64,000 nt of DNA from contig CP075492.1 in NCBI GenBank assembly GCA_021613535.1, positions 11,532,001-11,596,000 of the forward strand, given 5' to 3'. This document shows, in pieces, positions 40,251 to 57,212 of the stretch. The position numbers were made by a program, and so were the translations under genes. Positions within the stretch are counted from its first letter, which is position 1; each line of letters starts with the position of its first letter. The notes under the pieces are model-generated. The model saw only the letters and a program-made list of their open reading frames with translations. It had not been told where the DNA came from and did not search any database. Source of the stretch: Adineta vaga (taxonomy: Eukaryota > Animalia > Rotifera).

Positions 40251-42769
40251 ATGAAAAAAGACACGGATACTACTGTTATTTTCAACAATAAATATCATTC
40301 AGAATCAAAGTTTCCTTTATATCGAGTATGTTCCAAAGTTCACTAGTCGAATAAAACGCACAATTATTAATTCATTCAGAACATGCACATTTTTACCTTC
40401 AATAGAAATCTACCAAATATTTTCTTAATTATTTTCTTTACAAACTTTAGTTTTGGCGTCGGTTACCACTGCAACAACGTACATTTATAATTTCCATCTT
40501 TCTTCTTCTTCTTTTCTTCCTTCTTTACATTGGTTATTCTAAACATTCTGTCAAATCTACTAAAAACATTCCATCTGAATATCATCTATCGAAAATAGAA
40601 AAAGACAAAGAACCATGGCGACCAAAACAGCGTATGCAAGTGAGTCAAATATTTTCTTTCTTTTCAAAGATAAAAAAAAGAAAGTTTTCTCTTCATTCGA
40701 AATGTTTTATCAACTAAGTCTTGGGAGATTCAGTTTTCTCTTCTTTACTTATTATTGTAACTGTATACAAATACATTTGTTTTCATCTTCTAACACTTCA
40801 TCATATCGATGTCAGGAAAATGAATTGAAATTTAGTGGTGTATGTTCAAACTATTCTATGATTTAAAGAAAATCTATTTGTTGTTTTTTCAGGAGAATCA
40901 ACTATTGTTCAAAAGAAAGATTTTCTCAAGTAAATTGTTTTGCTTACCAATAAACTTATGTACAATTAGATTCATTTAGCTCCAAAAGACGAACGTCAGA
41001 TAGCTGTACGCGACGCAATGCAACATGCTTGGAAAGCGTATCGAACATATGCTTGGGGCTATGATGAGTTAAAACCAATACAGAAAAAACCATCCAGATG
41101 GTTTGGTCTTGGTTTAACGATTGTTGATGCTATTGATACATTGTATATAATGAATATGAAAGAAGGTTTAATTGATTTTTCTTTTGTATTATATCAATTT
41201 TCGAATGTTTTATTGAAGAATACAATCAAGCTCGTGAATGGATTGAGAATTCATTTGATGTTGATACAAATGATGTGGATAAATTTAATTCACACTTTGA
41301 AATAACTATACGAATTCTTGGTGGTTTATTGAGTATATATCATTTAACTAGGGATGAAATTTTCAAGACACGAGCAGTATGTTTTTTCATTACGAATTTT
41401 TAAGAGAGTACTTTGGATTTATTTATAGATTGAATTAGGTGATCGACTTTTATTGAATTTCAATACAAGTTCAGGATTGCCTTTGGCACAAATTAATCTC
41501 AAGCAAAAAATATCGAGTAATTATGAGTAAGTGAAATGATGTATGTTTTTCTCAATACCTTAAAATCCTTCGTCTTTATTAGATGGACTTCCGAATCAGC
41601 AACATCCGAAGTTGGTTCTGTTCAACTTGAAATGCGTGATTTATCACGAATAACTGGTGATAAACGATATGAAGTTCGTTTTATTTGTTATATTATTCGA
41701 ATAAATAACAAAATATGAAATATCTAGGAAGCAGCTGATCGTTCAGCAGCAATACTTCATAGTCAACCAAAAACAGATGGTCTAGTACCGATATACATCA
41801 GTTCATTAACGGGACAATTCTCTGGTGAAACTGTTTCATTTGGTGCACGTGGTGATTCATATTATGAATATTTGCTTAAGCAATGGTTACAAACAGGACA
41901 GGCACGATCAATGTAAGTTATAAATGCTTAACTAATTTACTAATTGATTTTATTTTTGATTTAGTTTCTGGAATGATTGGCTTGAAAGTATTGGTAAGTT
42001 AGAACAGATCTAAGGAGAACTGATTTTTAGCAATCGTTTAGAGGGTGTACAAAAGCATCTTTGGCGTATAGCCTATCCTGAGAAGCTCTATTTTATTGGT
42101 GAATTACTGAGCAAGTCAGAATTTTCACCAAAAATGGTAATTACAAATTTCTATAAAATCTTATTTTATTAAGAAAAATAATTAGGATCATTTGGCTTGT
42201 TTTCTTGCTGGTAATATGGCACTTGGATGGTATTATCGTCGTGATTTAACCTATCTACTTGATATGGCAAAGAATTTAACAAATACCTGTTATCAAATGT
42301 ATGCTCAACAACCAACTGGTCTTAGTCCAGAGATAGTCTATTTCAATCTCGTTTCAAAGTCTAATGAACCAACGATTAGTGTTCGAGTAAATTCATATCA
42401 TAAATTTGACTTTTTCAATTAAGAAATCTATTTTCTACAAAGGATAATGATGTACATAATCTATTACGTCCTGAATTAATTGAATCTTTATATTACATGT
42501 ATCATATAACTGGTGATAAAATTTATCAAGATTGGGGTTGGAATATATTTCAATCATTTGAAAAATATACTCGACAAAACGATGGTTATTCATCTATTAA
42601 TGATGTTCGACATAAAGAAAATGTTCGACCACGTGATAAAATGGAAAGTTATTTTCTAGCTGAAACATTAAAATATTTCTATTTATTATTTGATCATATC
42701 AATCCATTCGCATTTAATCAATGGTTATTCAATACTGAGGCACATCTATTACCTATATATAGTAATTGA
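40251..42769 (+). CDS. MAN1B1: ER alpha-1,2-mannosidase (GH47, MAN1B1-like), multi-exon
   Basis: Type II anchor [25 protein letters not shown]; [18 protein letters not shown]; [13 protein letters not shown]; [15 protein letters not shown]; LLRPELIES; [14 protein letters not shown]; FNTEAH. Confidence 0.95.
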
Positions 42770-43008
42770 TTTAACGATTGCTCATGTTGTGATGTATTTC
42801 AGATTGAAATGATTCTTCTTCTTGTTTTTTTGTTCCAAAATTAATTTTAGTGATGCACATGTTATGAATAAAAGAAAAAAGAACTACTTCATCATGATGA
42901 CAGTGTGATTTTTTGTTCTTTCTCTTTCAGAACGATAAATACCTCCGTATTTTTCTTGTCTTTCGTTTCTTTTCTTCAACGTCATTTATTATCTTAACGA
43001 TCTATATC

Positions 43009-44291
43009 ATGTCTTTGGATACACAGGTAGAAAATTTTTCGTATTATTTGATGGTGCTAAATGAATTTTGTTTAATTTAGAATGAAAATAAAGATAAACT
43101 CGAACCTGTACTTCAACCCTTATTTCCTAAAGCAAGAGAGATACTCTTCTATACAGGCAATACATTGACATTATTTAAAATAATGAAAAAAACCAATACA
43201 AGTATTACCGAAGAAGTAATTGCAAGAAAACGATTTTTAATCCGATTAAATCGGAATTCGTTTCTTTCATAGATTGAAGAATATATGTCAACAATGTTAC
43301 AAACAATGAGAACAGATGGAAATGAAAAACAATTTGAAGTAGAAAATAATCGATTTATGTTTGAAGAAAACACTGTTTTCTCTTTAGAATCAAACATATG
43401 TTAAATTTCTTCCAATATCTGATGAAGTATCCGTAGCTAATAATCATAATAGTTCGAGTCCGGACAATGAACAACTAACACGAGAAGACTTGAAATTTTC
43501 TGGTAAGTCATTCGTCATTTCTGACACTTTAATAGAACTTGTTCGTTCTTTATCAACGTTATGAAACATCTCTCTTCTAGTGAAAATCTTTCTTCGTTCC
43601 TTGGAACCTGAAATCTTATCACATACCATCGATACAGGTTTGATCTCTTCTTGGAATTGAATCTATCATTTTTTAATAATATTCTTTAGTTTTAAATGAA
43701 TTGAAAGAAAATTACTTAGAAAGTGTGATGATTGCTCTGCCCAATTATGGTGCACAAATCACAATAGATGACTTTCTTCCTCTATGGCGCATTGTCGAAG
43801 ATTACATCGATAAACAAAAGATTCTATCTGCTGGTGTTTGTGATTTTATGCTTCCATTATTTTCTGATTTATGCAATGCTTGTAAAGTAAGAAGTATCCA
43901 CCGAAATCAAACCAATCTGATTTGATATAATCTCATTTAGCATAAACCATATGCAAATCAAATTAACTTAGGTGTATGTTGCTCAATTCCAGAAGAATTA
44001 AATAAATATGTCAAAGAAAATAATATTCAACTTTTAACACACAGTGATCCAATTGGTAGAGAAGAAACAACGATAAAAGAAAATACTTCCTTTCTACATT
44101 TTGTTTTTCTTTTAGATGTTATTTCGGAATCTGATTTTCAAGAAGTATTACGAAAATATTGTCATGAATATGATGCTATGCATTGGAAGCCATTATCAAT
44201 TGTTCGTTATAACTCTGTTATTGCTAATCGAGGAATTATTAAAACAAAAGGATTTTTCATTTATGCCAAACGAGAACTACGGATGAATTGA
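43009..44291 (+). CDS. GCLM: Glutamate-cysteine ligase modifier subunit, multi-exon
   Basis: YTGNTL; LPLWRIVEDY...ILSAGVCDF; QINLGVCCSIPEELNKYVKENNIQLLTHSDP; RYNSVIANRGIIKTKGF. Confidence 0.9.
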
Positions 44292-46640
44292 AAATATCGA
44301 ATGAAATATTCAAAATCAAAGACTTACTCGTCTTGAATATCTTTTTTCTTTTTCTCTTTTTATATACTCATCCTTCTTTCTTTTTGGATAATAAATTGAT
44401 CATTAAAAGAAAAAAAAACAAATTCTATACTTCGTAGGAGTTACAAAAAGTTTATCAATTTCACATTTCATAAAAAAAGACTTCCTGTTACGTTTACGAA
44501 GAAGAGAAAATGGTGAGTCTTTCAAAAAACCTGAAATCTTCATTAAGTCAATGTTCATCTGACTAATGCTTATCTTCGAAGTTAATGAAGCAATAAATGG
44601 TAGGTTTAATGAAAAAAAGAACATCAAAACGAGTTACTGATTCAGAAGATGAACGTCATAACTTTTTCAGAGACATCTTTTTTATTAATGCCAACCTCAT
44701 TAAATCAATTTTTTATGTCAGTATGTCACTGATCTTTGTTAACCTAGCGAATAGTATTTCTCTCTCTCTCTTTTTTTTAATGATTTCAGATAATTTTTGT
44801 GTTGGAAACATGAATATGAACTATTCTTTAAAAGCACGCCTAGTAAACAGGATGAGTTGTTATTAAGCTACTTATATATCGTAATCATGTTGATGAAAAA
44901 GATAATCATATATTTTTATCTATAATTAAAACAACAGTTCTTTCATATTCATTTACAAAAAAAAGAATCTTTTGCTTTTTCTGACAGTGTGCAATCACAA
45001 CGATTTCTACTATAAGGTATGACAGAATTAATTGAATATTACGATAAAGAAGAATACAAAAGACAATATATTGGATATAAACTTGTTTATTAGCATGACA
45101 TTAAGTACTTGAAAGTCATCATTTTTTGTCTAATCAAATATGAGACTCTTGAATATATTCATAGGATTATAATCCGATAGAAGAAAAACATTTTTCAATA
45201 AATTACGAAGGAAGAAAATTCATTAAATTCTCGACTTACATTCACTTGTATAGATTCTAGATCGTAGAAGAAGGCTCATTTATTGTTTTTTTCATAGAAT
45301 ACTATTATCAATAATATCGAATCCTTTTTGTATTCTACAGAAATGATAATACTATTCTAAACAAAGTCAATGAACTCTTCCTCCCACAAAGAATTCATTG
45401 ATATTAAGAATGCATATCATCCTACTAGCTTTTATCTCATAGACTTGTCAGATTTCATGTTATTCTAAATGGTAGGAATACTTTCTTTTGCGTTCTAGAT
45501 ATGATATACGTCAGAGGATATCAAGATAACATATTGAAAGTAGAAAACGAAAAATACATTTAAATCATCGAAACGATTATTTTCTTTGCATGAATTGTTG
45601 TTGAAATCCATCATTTTCTTTTCAGGATGATTAAGTGTTTTCTGATCTTCTTAAAGCTTTTATCCGAAGATTTTCTTCAAGAGAACTAGACATATAATCT
45701 CGATATATTTATTCTTACATGGCGTCATTCTGTTAGACATAAATAAACAAAGAAAAAGTGAATATATTGCGCTGATTTGAGTAGTTAACATAACACAAAC
45801 GAGTAGTTAGTGAGTCTCTTTCAACAACCACTTATTTCTTTTCTTTTATAAATGAGAGAAAGGTGTCAATATATTTTATATGTTTTGTTTCATATATTTG
45901 CAGCACAGAAAAGGTAGGTGTATCGTCCGGGAAACATTCGATGTATTCTTTAGCAAAAAAAAAGAAATATTTCAATATAAATTAATACCGCTCATTGAAT
46001 TTCCTTCATTTTACATATGTCATAAGCGAAAGAAACCCACATATAAACTGATCATTTTATGCTGTGTTTTCTTTTGCTTTCAGAGCAAGAAGGTTACTCT
46101 CCCGAACATTCTTTTATTGCGACTAAGAATTAAATGACATTAGAATAGAGTTTGAAATGATACTAGGTTATCGAATGAAAATTTCCTTGATGTTACACAA
46201 ACTAGCTGTCAGTACTTAATTATTGTTACTAGACATGTATGAGGAGAGAAAATCTCGAGAAAAAAAATTGCAGGAAAGCAACGGCATCATCAAAAAATTG
46301 GTTCCGAACGGAAGAACGAGGCGAGAAAAATTTCAACAGAAATAACCACAAAGTAAAATGGCATGACAATTTTGCACATCTTCTTTCGCTGACAGACAGA
46401 GAGCCGAAGAAGAAGAAGAAGAAGAAAAAGAAGAGAAATATAGTCTTGTTGTATACATTAGAAAACTCTCTACTTTCCAACAACTAACAAGGTAAAAACG
46501 GTATCTCATTTGTTTTTTTTTCGAAGATTATTATGAACTAATAGTAAATAACTATTCAGACGTGTAGCATCATATTTTATTTATATATATATATATGTTT
46601 GTCTTTATAGATTGACGAAGGAAAATATAATACATACTTA

Positions 46641-48537
46641 ATGACACAAATTGAAGTTCCTAGAGAATTGCCAATAATTCTACGTGATTTTACGTTAAGT
46701 GTATTACGAACTAAACCACGTGATATTGTCGATCATGCTGTGAAATATTTTACACAACTTCAACAACAATCACAACTAATTATAGACGACAAAAACGTCA
46801 CGATTATTCCTCATTCTTCCTCATCATCTAATAGTCAGTATGAAAAACAACAGAACCAGACGGCAAAACATAATATTGCTTTTACAGGTGAGTAGTTCAT
46901 TTAAAATGTTCAAAATATCTTCGATGAATAATAATGATTATCTTACTTTCAAATCAAAATTTTATCACCACATTTTCATACGCGGAAGTATGCCACATTT
47001 AGTATATATTGACTTTGCTTTGATTATTAGAAATCACGTTTTTTCTCTCTTTATGATCGAGTGAAAAGAAGGAGTTCTTAGAAAATTGACGTTCGTTGTG
47101 CTCGAAAAAAACATCTCTCAGATTTTAAGATGCCTAATACGAATAAGATCATACTTTAGAATATAGTAGAAGAAAACGCATACGCACACATGCAGGATAG
47201 AGTGGTTGCGTGACAAAAATGTAAAATATATTTTTTTTTTCTGGTAATATGAAGATTTGATGATTAGGCATCAATGCATTATGAACAAAATCGATAGAGA
47301 ATGTCATTCGTTGTTATGTTTTTGTCAATTATGAAAAGAAATGAAAATTAATTATTTAGATGATGATGTAACAATGGAAAACAGTCAATTAACGTCAGAA
47401 AAAGAAGAAGCAACAACAACAAATCCAATCAATATTTCTATTCATTGTATTTCACCAGTAGTGTCGGGAAATGAAAGTGGATTAAGTGAAGAAGATGATA
47501 TTCTTGATGTTGATGAAGATATGCGAGTATGAAAATTTGTTTCTTATTTCAAATAAAAGGATTTTATTCGTTGTAATTTTGGTTTTTAAGCGTCAATATG
47601 TTAAGAAAAATGATTCCCGACGTGTCTCAGTTGCAGCTGAAAGATACAATCCAGAAGATGATGATTCAGGTGATGAACAATTTTATGTTTATCCGAAAAC
47701 GCCCGATCAAAGAAAACGTTTAAAAGATGCTGTTTGTCATAATCTTTTATTTCGTACATTAGAATCAAAACAAATTGATCATATTCTTGATGCCATGTGG
47801 GAAAAACATGTCGAAAAAGGAGAATATATCATTCAACAAGGTAATTTATTTTCTAATAAAGTTCTATTTTTTTGTTATCATGATTTATTCTTCTTCAAAT
47901 AGGTAAAGATGGTGACAACTTTTATGTTATTGATCAAGGTACTTATGAAGTTTATGTTTCGAAAGATAATAATGGTAATAGTCCACCTGTTAAAATTGGA
48001 GAATATGATCAAAACGGTTCATTTGGAGAATTAGCTTTAATGTATAATCAACCACGTTCAGCAACAATCATTTCAACGAGTGAGGGCATTCTATGGGTGA
48101 TGGGTCGACAGACATTTCGTAAACTTGTCTTAAAACATGCATTTCGTAAACGACAAATGTATGAAAATTTCCTACGTGATGTTGATATCTTACAATCTTT
48201 AACTGATTACGAACGATCGAATGTTGCTGATGCATTAATACCAATTGATTATTATCAAAATGATATCATTATTAAACAAGGCGATGTTGGTGATCGAATG
48301 TTTTTTATTGAAGATGGTCAATGTGATATATTTGTGAATAATCAATGTCATAAACGTTTACATAAAGGTGATTATTTTGGCGAACTTGCTTTACTTACTC
48401 ATGAACCTCGATCAGCAACAGTTATTGCAGCCAGTTATAAAGTTAGATTAGCATCTTTAGAAGTTCAATCATTTGAACGTTTATTAGGGCCATGTATGGA
48501 TTTATTACATCGAAATACCTCTAAATATCTCAAATAA
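46641..48537 (+). CDS. PRKAR2: cAMP-dependent protein kinase type II regulatory subunit
   Basis: RIIa D/D domain (IEVPRELPIILRDFTLSVLRTKP), RRVSV autophosphorylation site, two CNB domains (FGELALMYNQPRSAT, FGELALLTHEPRSAT). Confidence 0.95.
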
Positions 48538-49173
48538 CTACTAGTTTCGTTTTTTTCTCTCTTTCTGTGCGTATGTATTTGTTCAAATTTTAATGATAGA
48601 ATCGTAGTATAAAGAAACAAAAACAAAAATGTACGTGTGTATCTATATAGTGGTGATGTTGTTGGATATAAACATGTTAATATTTAGATTGTTTGATCAG
48701 AAGTGTCAGTAGCTACAAGTGACATAGGTATCTCCTTGTACTGAATTATTCTCGATGATTATCTATCATTCAAGGCATATCAATTCCTAGAATTCAATAT
48801 TCTTGTTTGAGAATTTATTTTATCGATTGGCAGTAGAATGCGTGAGTTGTTATTATGAAATGATAAGAAACGATTATCAGAAAGAAGAAGAATAAGAAGA
48901 AAAGAAATAAAAGCAAAACGAAATGCTTTTGCTAATATAAATCACAATGCAAGGTTAATGTTAACATTGAAGAAATTAAAGGAATATAAACAAATAAAAA
49001 CCGGTTGCCTTAGTGAGTGTAACAAGAGGATAGTAGATGTTTTACTCACTAGTATTTTTTTCTTAAAAAATTTGCCCCCACAAAATGTATATTAGAATGA
49101 CATTAAAATACAAAGAAGAAAAAAACGGATAAATCTTTATCGAATACTTTGTACAACATATTTTCGATATGTT

Positions 49174-51062
<1,889 letters not shown>

Positions 51063-53177
51063 TATTAAAGAAATTAATTAAAACTGAGGTGTATTTTGTT
51101 GAATAAAAGAAAAGAAATGGAGTAAAACGAAGGTAATGTGTAGTTTTTTGAAACTTTCAAATGTAATGAAAACAGAATTGAATAGAAAATAACAACAACA
51201 ACAATAACAAATAAGTGATGAAAATTTGTTTTAATGACTTCTTTTTTACTCATTTGCTGCTATGCGACTACCTTCAATATTACTTCAATTTAATATTGTA
51301 AAATAGATTCAATATTGATTGTCTCAATTTGAATAATTACAAATAAAATAATAAATTAATTTGATTATTTTTTTTTTCAACATAAAAAGTTCAGTTTTCA
51401 ATAGAGGGCGTTCTTTATCATGTATATTTTCATATGAAAGAAAAATGTTAGACAATATATAACTCACTCATTCTATCTAAACACGAATGATGTATGACAT
51501 TCATCGAATAAAATGACATTTTAGAAATTTGATTCCAATGATAAATAACATACACACATAAAGATTAGATCTCTATTAACAACATCATCACATTTATCTG
51601 ATTGAATCGTTTGTTTATTGTTTATTATTTATTCGTTCGTTCGTATTATCACTTAAATATTGACAATGATGAAATAGAAACTAAGTTATAGAAATGTATA
51701 CATATTTAACCAAGAAAATGTTCTGTACTTAATAAGTAATTATAACCATGTTGATCTGTTGCCGTCAAATGTCATCTTCAATTAATTATTATAGATCGCG
51801 ATATGTCGATAGTATATAGAATATTATTTCCAGTATGCACTGCATGACGATCATGTTGGTTCTCATTTGTTTTCGATATTTTGCTTTGATTCATCTATTC
51901 TATTTCTGTCTTGTCTAATTATTATGTACATAGCCAGTCGCATCTCACGTATCATCGTTATTTTCTTTTTCTCTCTTGTTCGCTGTTCTAACTATAATAT
52001 GTATATGCAAAATGCATGTTTGGACGTGTAATGATAAATGTCAGTAAATGAATCTCTTTCATTCATTGATTGTTGATCAGAAAATATTGATAGTGCAGAA
52101 ATAAATTCTTCTGAATCGATATTTATATTAACAATACTATGTGAGTAAGTTTTATTATTATTATTATTATTTACAGATAGATGCAAAAAGGAGAAGTACT
52201 TCATGTTATCAAGATACCTTATTGATGTTTGATTGAAAAAGTATACTGTAAAAAGAGAGAAATCTGTCTGATTTTGTAATTATTCATTCTATTTTATAAA
52301 ATAAACGTATGATGAAAAGAAAGAGGAGTACCTAGTAAAATATTAAAGAAAAGAAGAAGAAAGAAACGAATAATATATAACTTGCATCTGACTGTTCGTC
52401 GTACCACTTCAATCAAATATGTTTATGTGTGAGAAATAAATTTCATTTACGCAAATTTCCTATTTCTATTCATTTGCTTTCAATTTGCATTTCTAAAAAC
52501 AACAAATCACTCTCTTCAACTTTGACATTTAACTAAAATCAACTAGACACTTTCGTAGACATCGAAAAAAAACTTGCCCTGAATTTCTATTCGAAAGTAT
52601 ACATATATAAACAATTCTATGCTTATCAATCGATTTATTATTAAAAATCGTCTTGATAATCATTCTTTTTGTTATAAGACAGCTGTTTTGATTAAGTGAA
52701 TGATTTCTTATCTTCATTTTTTTCTTTGATAGGCTCAACGGCAATATATACATATATAAATATATATCAAGTAAGATTAAACCAATACGTATGTATAGAT
52801 CACTATTGTCCTTCTATATATATAAAGGATATCATCATTCAATTGATGATATCTCGACAGCATAGTCGTTATGCAATAACTTAATTTGAAATAAACGATT
52901 TTTCGTATTGCTCTTTTCTAACCTTCTTTTAAAATAGAAGCAAACAAAAAAGAAATCATCATCTACTGTAATAATGATCATCTACTTTCTTTAGTATATG
53001 TTTGTCTAATAATTGATTGATGTGAAAGCTATTTATTAACAGATGAAGGTTGATCTTCTTCATTTTCGTCTCACTGCATATATATATATATCTTGCTTTC
53101 TCTCATTTTTTTAAATCTTTTTTTATAGATATTTCATTCATTTTGACATTTGAAAAAGTGGTAAATTTTCAACGAAG

Positions 53178-53669
53178 ATGAATGGTTATTCACAACAATC
53201 AAATCAATATCCTAAATTACTTATTACCGTTAAACATGAAACTGAAGAACGATCTGTAATTGAAGCATATTCTAATCCTCGAAAATATCGATCAAAAAAT
53301 CATTCACGCTCAAAAAATTTTCATCCAACAACTATTTATTATAACAGTAATCATCATCACAACTCACATTTTACTCGATCATCATATCCCTCGAAAGCTT
53401 ACGAACGATTTTCATATTCGAATCATCCATCGACTCTTCGTCCATTAATGGAAATAAAAAACTTCGATCAAGATGAACTCGCCTATCTGACATTTAAACA
53501 ACGCGAACCGAAACAACGTGGTCAATATCGAAATCGTAAAGCTGAATTAGATTGGGATCATGCATTTGATCTTGATCAAATACATCTGTATACAACACAA
53601 AATGATCTTGATAATCATTCATTGACAAGTTTTCAAAGTTCAAGTGACAATTCATTTTCATCTTTTTAA
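53178..53669 (+). CDS. Uncharacterised 163-aa low-complexity protein
   Basis: Uninterrupted ORF with coding-like codon use, preceded by a splice-acceptor-like tract; no recognised domain. Confidence 0.55.
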   Translation: MNGYSQQSNQYPKLLITVKHETEERSVIEAYSNPRKYRSKNHSRSKNFHPTTIYYNSNHHHNSHFTRSSYPSKAYERFSYSNHPSTLRPLMEIKNFDQDELAYLTFKQREPKQRGQYRNRKAELDWDHAFDLDQIHLYTTQNDLDNHSLTSFQSSSDNSFSSF

Positions 53670-54947
53670 ACGTTTTTTCTGGTGCTTTTTGTCCTTTTTC
53701 TTTTCTGTATATTTTTCATTCATTCGATCTTATCGAATATAAACGTGATTTTCATGTTACATGGAAAAATCAAAGGTCATTTGCATTAAATATCTTTTCA
53801 AGTTGTACTACTGACTATAACATAAAGATTCTTCTTGTCATTTGTTTGGTAACAGAATTAATTAGCCGATGAAAACTCTGTAGGATAAAATTTTCTTTTT
53901 TCAAAGACAGAAGATATCCTGAAGGTTTATTCAGAAAGGGAGGATAATTCTGAACTATTTTTATATTATCCTTTTAGTCAGAAAAAATGGACTTGAAACT
54001 TCCCACTTAGAATCTTGTATTTCACGTTAACCTCTTGATCATGTTTGATCGACTGCAAGATATAAGAGAATCAATTTTGACTTTATTTTCTTTAATCATA
54101 AAAAACTTTAATATGATTAATCATTTCAAAATATTTACATCCGACTTTACATAGAATCATTTTCCAGGTCTTGTTATTTTCTATTTTAATTTCCTTTTTT
54201 TAGAATTATTCATATTTATTTATAAGTGTTACACGCTTTCTTGCATTATAGATTTTCATACCTCACTTCCGAAGTAAATAAACATGGAAAAAAGTTCACA
54301 TTACATTTATGGTAGTCAGTAGGAAGAAAAACAAACATTTGTTTAAAGACCATATGTCGAAAATACTTTAAATCTTATCTATACACTCGACGATTTAGAT
54401 AAGTCGAAAGGATCTTTCACGTTAATGCAGATTTCTTTTTTCTCCAAACTAAAAAACAGATTAGACATTGGTAATGTAACAGTTCAACTCTCTAATTTCT
54501 TAATCGTTACGTTCAGCACGCTATTCCCCAAGTAATTAAGTAAGAACGAGTAAATAAATCCGTCTATGTTAATAAAAATACCCAATACTTTTCCTTCGAT
54601 ATCTGATCTATTAGAATTGACAAGAGAATAAATATTCTTGCCGAAAGAATCCAAACAAACTGTAGTCTAGCAGCTACTCGCTAATTTGTATAACCATTGA
54701 GCACGCACATAGTTGTTGTCTCATCTCATTTGACAAAAGCAATGTCAGTGAACACATGTACTTCTTTAGTTTCTGTTTTTTATCTTCGCCCATTTGCACT
54801 AAAAGAATAGAGAAAAAAGCAAGCCGAAGAGATTTTAAACGTGTTGAACTAAGCGTATTTCACGGTGAAAAGAACTAAATAAACTATCTTTTCTAGAAGA
54901 AAGTGTGTTAGTGTGTATTATCTAAATATAGATAAGTTTAATCTACT

Positions 54948-55751
54948 ATGTCACATGTAAGTTATTCAATTTTATACTTTATCGTTTTATAGAGAAGATT
55001 ATGTTCTAGGATAAGAAAATACGAAAATTAAATACAGATCAATTACAAGGTAAAATTTGTCTTGAAATTTCACTGATCATTCTGAGTTCTTTTCGGTTTT
55101 CAGAACTTCGACATGCATTTGATTTATTTGATTCTGATCGTAGTGGTGGAATTTCAGTGATAGAATTAAAACAATCACTTTCGGCATTAGGTGTTAATGT
55201 AAATGATCAACAAGTGAAACAAATTTTTTCTGCAATTGATGTTGATAGTAAAACAATTCGAAAAGAATTCCATAAGAAATTTATTCATCTCATTTGTTTG
55301 TTTTTTTAGAAAATGGTTTGTCATGAATGGTTGTATTCTTTTCATTGTTGTGATATTACTTTTGTTTTTCTATTAAGGTCGAATTGAATTTGATGAATTT
55401 ATTGAAATAGTAGCGGATTTTTATTTTAAAAAACATTCGCGTGCTGAAATTCTCGATGCATTTAGAAGATTTGATCATAATGGTGATGGTTTTATTGAAG
55501 CTGAAGAATTACAGAATATTTTAAGTCAACTAGGAAAAAAATATTCTGATGATGAAGTAGATTTATCTGAAAATGGATATTTCTTTAATTGTTTTTGTCT
55601 GTTTTAGATTCATCGTATGATTGAAAAAATTGATCGAGATGGTAATGGAAAGATTTCAGTCGAAGGTAAATGATGATTAATCAATCTTGATGAAATTTAT
55701 GGTTCTCTATTCCTAGAATTTGCGGCCTTGATCGAAAGACAATCTTGTTAG
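54948..55751 (+). CDS. Calmodulin-like four-EF-hand protein, 7 exons including a 6-nt microexon
   Basis: Spliced: MSHDKKIRKLNTDQLQELRHAFDLFDSDRSGGISVIEL...IDVDKNGRIEFDEF...FDHNGDGFIEAEEL...IDRDGNGKISVEEFAALIERQSC. Absent from the ORF track because the exons are short. Confidence 0.9.
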
Positions 55752-56500
55752 AATGTTAATTTAATTGGAATAAATTAAATTCTACGTTGAATGTTAACAA
55801 GAAAAAAGAACGGATTTATATAGTTTTTCTTTTTTTGTTTATTCGTGTCTTGTATGTAATTGTATGGATTCATTAAATTTGATTGACTATTAATTAATCA
55901 TTCTATATGTATGTTTTTATTTCTCTCTTTCTCGTCTTTTCTAGTTCTTAGATGAAGAAGAAAAGAGAAGTAGAAGGAATGAAATCTTTTTCTCTTTTCT
56001 TGCTAAAGATGAAATGACGTATTCAGGTATAAAAACCAAGCGCGAGAAGAAGAAGAAAAAGAAGAAGAAAAAAGAGGAATTGACATATAAATATAAGTTT
56101 TTTTTCTTTCTCTGCCTTACGAGAAGAAGGAAGATCGACATTATTAAAATAATAGTGTTTATCTGTAACTCATACTGTTGTCGTCTTTTCTCGTCTATTC
56201 GAACAAATCTTTCTCGTATTTTACTATTATTATTTCGGTCGAGTCAGAAAAAAATATTTAACTTTCTTCTTTCTTTCTCTCTCTCTCTCTCTCTCACTCA
56301 TACATTTAATCATCATTGACGACTCTTTTCTGCTCTCTTCTGCTTTTTCTCTCTCTCGTTCTTGTCGTTCTCTTTTCTATATTTGCATTAACCATGATGA
56401 CAACGACCAACAACAAAAACAAAAATCATACGAAAGAGTGAATCTTCAGTGTGACCTCGGTTGGCGAAGGTGAACTACTGCATAATAACCATTGAAAAAA

Positions 56501-57212
56501 ATGAAATTTCAACGTCGTATACTTCCTCCACATTCATCAACATATTTTGAAATGGAAGAGTATACAACTCCATCGATCTCACAACAATCAAGTAGGTCAT
56601 TATCATAAGAAACTAAATATCATTGATGTCTGTTTTATAGTTTCTATTACTGGTTCAACAAGTGATTTAAGTGAAATAGACAGTGTTTGCAGTCTCTCAA
56701 CTAATCTTCGACAACGATCTGATTCTTTAACAAATCTTTTTAATATGTCAGAAGATAATACATCATTGTCAAATTTAAGTATTGCTTCATATACTTTATC
56801 TCAACATTCTTATGATAACAGTTCTCCAACAATCTTTACGAGTTTATCACCTCAACCAACATCTTTAAATAGTAATTCAGACAGAACATCTCGTTCACGT
56901 CGAAGTGTTTGTTCGTCGACAACGAATAGTCAAAAGAATTTTTCTATAAAAACAGCTGAAACTGTTTTATCTACGATTGGTATTCATCCTTCCTCATCAG
57001 ATACATGTGGTTTAATTGCTAATGATGGAAATAATGTTGAAAATACAGATGATCATCAAAATGAATATGAAGATGAACAAAATATAGGTTCGAGTTCGGA
57101 TGAAAACGATATGGATATATTATCATCTCAAACCAATCGTGGATTAAGAAAAACTGTTTTGAACAATGTCGATCGATTATTAAATTCCGCGAATAAACAA
57201 ATTAAATTGTAA
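56501..57212 (+). CDS. Uncharacterised Ser-rich protein, one intron
   Basis: ATG 56501 exon splices (intron ~56592-56640) into the 221-aa ORF (SITGSTSDLSEIDSVCSLS...). Confidence 0.55.

Noticed and set aside
44400-46500. Short ORFs between GCLM and PRKAR2
   Set aside because: Low-complexity Lys/Phe-rich frames from A/T tracts; no splice-consistent model.
55941-56319. Poly-Lys and poly-Phe ORFs
   Set aside because: Derived from (GAA)n and (CT)n simple repeats in an upstream region.
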